Shown in pieces: positions 60,101 through 64,000 of a DNA stretch of 64,000 bases (position 1 is the first letter of the stretch; each line of letters starts with the position of its first letter). The position numbers were made by a program, and so were the translations under genes. The notes under the pieces were generated by a model that was not told the DNA's origin, searched no databases, and was given only the letters and a program-made list of their open reading frames with translations. Where the stretch lies: NCBI GenBank assembly GCA_964606485.1, contig CAZSGP010000005.1:139649-203648 (forward strand), read 5' to 3'. Source of the stretch: an uncultured Planctomycetia bacterium. GTDB lineage: Bacteria; Omnitrophota; Gorgyraeia; 2-02-FULL-51-18.

Positions 60101-63100
60101 CACGGAACTCAACACGCCGTCAAGTCCGTAACCTCTATTCTTGGTCATTCCTTCGCGCGCATGACCTTTGCTGACAAATAAAATTTTATCCGCCCAAATC
60201 ATTCCGCCTTTTATAAAATTATGACGGCCCTCTATGGAACCACCTTCAAAAGTGGAATAATGCTGTAACCCTTTATTTTCTCTGGCATCTCTTAACCAGT
60301 ATGGGAGATTTGTTAATCGGAAAACGTCGATACTTGCTCCGGATTGCCCCCCAATAACCCCTCTTTCGATTAAGGTGCTACGGAGAGAATCAGAAGCAGC
60401 CAAATAACCTGGGAACATACCCTGATATTCTAAGTTATGAATCACCTGATAACTTTTTGGAGTTTCTCGGAGTGGCCATGAATCGGACGCGTAATTTTCT
60501 TTCATGAAAATAGGTCCGAGTGCCGTCTGCCAATCGTTAAACTGGAATTTTTCGAAGGGAATGGCAAGCTGTCTTGAAATTTCAATCGCCGCAAGAGGAA
60601 GCAAAATGCCTTCGATGTAGCCGCCGACCGAATCGGGGTTTGGCTCTGCATAAAGCGTGTTGAAAAAATTTCCGGATGGATCATAAATTTGAATCACCGG
60701 TACCCCGTCCTGCTCGACCGTGAATACTTTTAGCGGAATTGACCCGGACCCAACGGGAATTTCAAGATCCATTAAATGCTGCCCACCATACGCTTCCAAA
60801 TATTTTTCAAGCGTTCCAATTTTGGGATCACCGACAATATCCGCGCTAAAAAGTGGAGTCACTACCATTGCAGCGACGCCTTTTTGCGCTATAGCCCAAG
60901 GCTGTTCATTCATAAATACACCTTGTCCTCCGCCGCCGGGACCGATGCGTTTCAAACGATTCCCGGATTTGTCTTTGACCGGCATTTCCATGGCCACCGA
61001 CAAAACTCCGAAGAGCCCATTTTCACGCGCTTGCTTGACTCGGTTTACCAATTGCTGGGCTAACTCGGTATTCACAGAGGATGCTTTCGCTAAGCGCGCA
61101 GCGGAAATAAAAGCCTTTTCGTCCTCAATTTTTAACGTAAACAAAGTCTCCCCGCTCACACTCGCAAACTCTAAGAAATTTTGGGGGAAAGATTTATCGG
61201 ATGGGACATTCAAACGTTCAATCACAACGTCGTCCACGTTTCTGGCGGCGATCAAAGCAACCACCTCTTCGGCAGATAAGTTTTCGTATAGGCCTTCGGC
61301 ATTGTTTACTCCGGCGAGGCGGGCGGCGTTATTATTTGTACGCGGAGTGCCAGCCATTTCCATCTTATCCAAGAACCTTATTTCTACATAATTAAGATGC
61401 TCGTCGCGCTTACCTTCTTGAATTTTCACTTTCCACATTTCATTCGCTCCGATTCCAAATTCACGAGCCGCTCCCAGAAGCCTCGGAGAATATTCATCTA
61501 TTTTTTTTCCTACCCTTATAGCAACATCGTGTTGTTGTCTTATGCCGCGCACCGTAATAACCACAATTAAGGTCTGACCCGGTTGCAACTCTTGGACGTA
61601 GGGATCAATTTTTGCGGGCAATTGATCAGGTGACGCTTTGATTTCCGCGAGACGCGCTCCCCGAACCGATCTTCGTTCACGCTGAGCCTTGCGATTAGCA
61701 ATTCTACGCTCATCATTGGCAAGATTCGTTAGCGCACGGATTTCTATACCCGCTTGGGCTTCGGATAACGCTATTTCCGCAAATGACGGTTTTAAGTCGT
61801 TAATTGCTATAAATAAACTGGCTACCTTTTGACCCGATGCGTCTAACACCGCTTTCACATAACGGCGTCTAAATTTATACAGATCATTCACCACATTTTT
61901 TAAAGAAAGTTTTTTGTAATGGGTTTTCGCTAACAATAAATAGTGGGTGCGGGTTTCTTTAAGCGTTTGCTCGCTAGTGGGCTTGACTGGTTTTTCTTCC
62001 GCAAGGCGTGCGCCTTGTGAGCTCAGTATTGTGGTAATCAAATCCGCAAGCTCTCCAACCGAGCGCGCTCTTAAGAATGGCTCAGATTGAACTTCGTCCG
62101 GAATATTAAATTCATCTTCTAATTTCTGAATCAAATTGATGTCGTCGAGAGAATCAGCACCCAGATCTTCATTGAGTAAACTGTTTCGGGTAATCTTGTG
62201 GGCAGGCACACCGAGCTGCTCGGAAACAATTTTTTTGACTCTATCCAGCACGGAAAGATTTTTTTGCGTGGCTTTGGTGGCGAGGCGGGCGCCTTCACCT
62301 TCCAACCAGAACCCTCGTTTAAGTTCTCCTAGATGATAAAGAGTGGCCCTTCTGAGCGTAGGGCCCACACGACTCGTCGCTTCCAAAATAAACGGCACGG
62401 CGCGGTCTAGCTCTTCTCGTAAGATTTGGATTTGTTTCGGAGAAATGGGCTGTGCTCTTCTCAGATTAATTTCAATCGGACCTAAGGCACGGGCTCTCAG
62501 AGAGAAAAAGGCGGAGCGAAAATATTGAGCGTGGTCGTCCTTGGCACCGTTAACCAAGTGATCGAGGTCTTTTAAAACCTTTTGAACGGCCAAGAGCTGG
62601 GTGCGGCCTTGAGTGAGTTCACGAGCTATTTGCTCAAGGTGCTCTTCGTTAATTCCATCTAATTTTTTTGAAAAAACATCATCCGGATCAGACTCCCAGT
62701 GGCCACCCCATATTCCTGTTCTAGGATCAGGTCGATAGGGCATCTCATCTGCTGCCAGGCGGGCGCCATTGGACGATTCTTTTTGACGCGCTTTCCGAAT
62801 CTCCTCCGAGCGTTTCTCGGCGCGAAGATTTTCAAAAACAATCGCCACAAACGCGCTGAAACCCCCGATTCCTATTAACGCCAGTGAAACGATATCCGAA
62901 ATACTGGTTGAAAGACGTGCACCCAGAGTGCCATCTTCTCCGCGACCGTGATACCAATCTCGAACAATCTGAAGCTGTGCGGCCCTCGAATTAATATACT
63001 CTTTCCCTTCTTTCGCCATTTCATCCAAATTTGGTATGTGGATATAAAGCATGAGGCGTCGATCGACAAGCTTGGCTAATTCGGAAAGCTCGCGTTTGCA

Positions 63101-64000
63101 TATCTTCTGGGTTAGTCCGTACGGGGCCTCGGATTGATTGGAAAGATCAGTAGTCTCAAACCCATTCTGGATTTGTGCCAAAGTATCGGTTTTTATTTTG
63201 TCGTCCGAACCCTTAGGGTCCACCAGCGCATACGCGGCCATCATGTAGGCTTTTCTTAAGGGAACAACATTTTTAAGAATATCACTTGGATGCCCAGAAA
63301 CTCTTAACTGAGCGGCGTATCGGTTTGCTGTTTGTGTAAAATTTTCTTTCTCGCCTCTTATCTGGTTTTCCGCCAACCGCGCGCCCTTTGTAGCCGGAGT
63401 CGAAATCATTCCTGTCTCCGCGACAAATTTTTCCCCTTGAGGCTCAAACCGGAATGCCGGAGTTCTAAGAATCGTTAAATCTCTCAAATAAAATTCAAGA
63501 ATCACGCCGCGACCCGAAATGACGTGGATATACTGCGTGCCCGCGTCAACAAACCCTACGGCGAACGCCGGGAATTGAGTGGTTTCACCCTGGGTTAACG
63601 CCACTTCCTTGCCGCTCGCTAGCGTCTCGGGAGAGTCCGTCGTATACATTACTTCACTGAAGTTTGAATTGGTTGTCACGACCACAGCAGGATCATTGTG
63701 AGAATGGATTTTTGTCTTGCCGCCTTCTTCCTTGAAATAATGGGCAAATACATCAATCACAAAACCCGGTCTCCCGTCCTTGGAGGGCAGTTCAATAGAA
63801 AAGGGGTTGTTTCGCTCGTAATCCTTATCGCCTGGTTTATAAATTAAAGTTGGGAGGATCTCCGCGAGATCTTTTTGAATCTGGGGATCTCGAAGCAATT
63901 TGCCCAATTTCTCCGAAATCCTAATACTAAAACGCGCTTTGGCCTTTGCCTCTTGAGGAACCCAGTGAGCCAAGGACTGTTCATTCGTATCTCCATAGTC
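57143..64000 (-). CDS. Giant multi-enzyme protein of at least 2285 aa, with the N-terminus beyond the window end. Contains a TM helix, an ACP module, a GlgA-like GT-B domain and a second hydrophobic segment. At least 11 GARLA motifs.
   Basis: The ORF track gives 57143..63973 from a TTG, but the frame stays open upstream (DYGDTNEQSLAHW...) to the window edge. It ends 12 nt before the start of the 4818-aa gene. Confidence 0.75.
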   Translation of the reverse strand, partial: DYGDTNEQSLAHWVPQEAKAKARFSIRISEKLGKLLRDPQIQKDLAEILPTLIYKPGDKDYERNNPFSIELPSKDGRPGFVIDVFAHYFKEEGGKTKIHSHNDPAVVVTTNSNFSEVMYTTDSPETLASGKEVALTQGETTQFPAFAVGFVDAGTQYIHVISGRGVILEFYLRDLTILRTPAFRFEPQGEKFVAETGMISTPATKGARLAENQIRGEKENFTQTANRYAAQLRVSGHPSDILKNVVPLRKAYMMAAYALVDPKGSDDKIKTDTLAQIQNGFETTDLSNQSEAPYGLTQKICKRELSELAKLVDRRLMLYIHIPNLDEMAKEGKEYINSRAAQLQIVRDWYHGRGEDGTLGARLSTSISDIVSLALIGIGGFSAFVAIVFENLRAEKRSEEIRKARQKESSNGARLAADEMPYRPDPRTGIWGGHWESDPDDVFSKKLDGINEEHLEQIARELTQGRTQLLAVQKVLKDLDHLVNGAKDDHAQYFRSAFFSLRARALGPIEINLRRAQPISPKQIQILREELDRAVPFILEATSRVGPTLRRATLYHLGELKRGFWLEGEGARLATKATQKNLSVLDRVKKIVSEQLGVPAHKITRNSLLNEDLGADSLDDINLIQKLEDEFNIPDEVQSEPFLRARSVGELADLITTILSSQGARLAEEKPVKPTSEQTLKETRTHYLLLAKTHYKKLSLKNVVNDLYKFRRRYVKAVLDASGQKVASLFIAINDLKPSFAEIALSEAQAGIEIRALTNLANDERRIANRKAQRERRSVRGARLAEIKASPDQLPAKIDPYVQELQPGQTLIVVITVRGIRQQHDVAIRVGKKIDEYSPRLLGAAREFGIGANEMWKVKIQEGKRDEHLNYVEIRFLDKMEMAGTPRTNNNAARLAGVNNAEGLYENLSAEEVVALIAARNVDDVVIERLNVPSDKSFPQNFLEFASVSGETLFTLKIEDEKAFISAARLAKASSVNTELAQQLVNRVKQARENGLFGVLSVAMEMPVKDKSGNRLKRIGPGGGGQGVFMNEQPWAIAQKGVAAMVVTPLFSADIVGDPKIGTLEKYLEAYGGQHLMDLEIPVGSGSIPLKVFTVEQDGVPVIQIYDPSGNFFNTLYAEPNPDSVGGYIEGILLPLAAIEISRQLAIPFEKFQFNDWQTALGPIFMKENYASDSWPLRETPKSYQVIHNLEYQGMFPGYLAASDSLRSTLIERGVIGGQSGASIDVFRLTNLPYWLRDARENKGLQHYSTFEGGSIEGRHNFIKGGMIWADKILFVSKGHAREGMTKNRGYGLDGVLSSVSYKISPVYNRIKAESHRPENLKALAGPRFVKPSKPLAQMDGRALADWKQKNKLALQQELGLAQDANATVVGVVTRIVKQKGLNILSTVLSDGRTLLEAILDTRNDSGMNVQMAVLGTAGDTLGKEQEQFLKTFLEAHPKYQGRFVFKNKFDPVLAKQICAGSDLFFMPSIDEPGGISNQEAALLLDAVIATSRGGLQDFKEANGTPLELVDGFEANTGKEADQQRQISAQQILDRVADFLNVKQTDQYFEYLLQVARYNPDWIEGGGAEEYIQMYRTFSAARLADQETESRGVAGSPYGDFEFWVSRDIKNAQDKNNILTTVTVQVIPGHRESATFSTKSWQDIKKITDALMSLVLVGFPPRGLITYFKTGGLIEDVDASLARPSGARLAQDSKIVTKKVVASHPDGREAEITVYIEREKNGFEHPKPLETLVYFGQTRDHVYAPIHLLTPASVPTEEIARRVAATLKDKVHLAQMPMVNSKGTVEEWRFEISNLKQIASLLEHEQKLWLVYSDEAERAFSDLAKAPEDLTGIVRVLDILAIDEKEFEAIVAKRRETLGGYKQGIILFGEVTSGVFVKENEPRLIRDKTLQSRIDKGLNPQFEIVQGDKKIQALLEKLNEERREARKEFEAGRTLKGMDHLANFKEALLEIQATSGSRLSDSGKMERSSKALRVEARLKGATRRQAAQASKKQGTDDAATKEEMGSRLALSLGSLQKAIVPILLAGKLILFSISQVPSAQANEIQFSANEFNISNAAALRADLNTFASSETVHQANLQSVRSGLSAQGVVNLQAPSEILPMILPADLKSDPASIQHALRKIRTSRQPILLVTPSTALAEKIDREIEHLRLTQVHTLCFDRTDGQTLAHSLLKALRRKAGSNPYLNPSALKQMVIAFRNADNIGYEELPPNLKDGDLRWLVYGVEGSVSQLSLDDVVSAGLSLGSGNRFGTTAVNVGGRTVMARLVKAISEQIRSANVARAAERAA
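59400..60650 (-). other. Second GlgA-like GT-B glycosyltransferase domain (in gene C)
   Basis: ...FEKFQFNDWQTALGP (compare GlgA HAHDWHAGL), VGVVTRIVKQKGLNIL (GRL..QKG..L motif) and FFMPSIDEPGGISNQEAALLLDAVIATSRGGLQD (compare PSRFEPCGLTQLYAL..G..P.V..TGGL.DTV). Confidence 0.55.
62090..62290 (-). other. Acyl/peptidyl carrier protein-like module (phosphopantetheine attachment motif) in gene C
   Basis: VKKIVSEQLGVPAHKITRNSLLNEDLGADSLDDINLIQKLEDEFNIPDEV. The LGADSLD motif is near-identical to E. coli ACP (LGADSLDTVELVMALEEEF). The Ser codon is at 62150-62152. Confidence 0.6.
62840..62905 (-). other. Predicted transmembrane helix in gene C
   Basis: IVSLALIGIGGFSAFVAIVF, about 20 hydrophobic residues, immediately after a GARLSTS motif and followed by the charged ENLRAEKRSEEIRKARQKE. 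Confidence 0.5.

Noticed and set aside
60720-61391. Plus-strand ORFs of 60-223 aa inside the giant genes. Examples are 60720..61391 (223 aa), 54939..55277, 44121..44399 and 7651..7995.
   Set aside because: They are antisense to long minus-strand genes that have clear domain content. They have low complexity, and are Ser/Pro/Arg-rich as expected from reverse frames of coding DNA. They are shadow ORFs.
1-64000. rRNA genes, integrases or transposases, phage genes, toxin-antitoxin pairs or restriction-modification systems.
   Set aside because: I saw none. All remaining large ORFs have clear housekeeping identities.

Overview
This window is a chromosomal segment from a Gram-negative (diderm) bacterium, with moderate GC content by eye. 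Almost all genes are on the minus strand, tightly packed, and many overlap by 4 nt, which suggests translational coupling.

Most of the window is ordinary housekeeping genes.
- ispH and ispE (isoprenoid synthesis).
- An LPS and outer-membrane cluster on the minus strand, in the order bamA, skp, lpxD, lpxC, fabZ, lpxA, lpxI.
- dnaB.
- A ribosomal block, in the order rplY, pth, rpsF, ssb, rpsR, rplI.
- prs, glmU, clpX, tRNA-Gln, ftsH and hisG.
- A near-complete de novo purine operon, in the order purB, purS, purQ, purL, a small ORF, purF, purM, purD, purE, followed by an LMW-PTP gene, rpiB, glyA and nrdR.

The unusual content is three giant minus-strand genes.
- Gene A starts at 3088 and runs off the window start with no stop codon, giving at least 1029 aa. 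It is absent from the ORF track, presumably because there is no in-window stop.
- Gene B (42674..57130) encodes 4818 aa.
- Gene C (57143..>64000) encodes at least 2285 aa. It is separated from gene B by 12 nt and runs off the window end.
- Genes A and B share a signal peptide and a homologous N-terminal module of about 450 aa.
- Genes B and C carry a mosaic of normally stand-alone enzyme domains. These are an AceK-like isocitrate dehydrogenase kinase/phosphatase, a class I SAM methyltransferase, two GlgA-like GT-B glycosyltransferases, an acyl-carrier-protein module, an FHA domain and transmembrane segments. Gene A carries HTH-like modules.
- All three are punctuated by a recurring short peptide motif, [SQN]-G-A-R-L-[AS]-[EAD], found at least 20 times and encoded with varying synonymous codons.

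Other notable features.
- An 85-bp near-palindromic hairpin element with a UUCG loop occurs three times: once inserted in-frame inside gene A, and twice abutting the stop codons of glyA and purQ.
- A two-partner secretion pair sits in a convergent arrangement. The TpsB gene is on the plus strand and the TpsA gene, which has a C-terminal YVTN beta-propeller, is on the minus strand.
- A 30-aa highly basic bS22-like peptide gene with a perfect Shine-Dalgarno sequence lies just downstream of hisG.
- An OmpR-type response regulator lies beside the LPS cluster and has Asn in place of the phospho-acceptor Asp.
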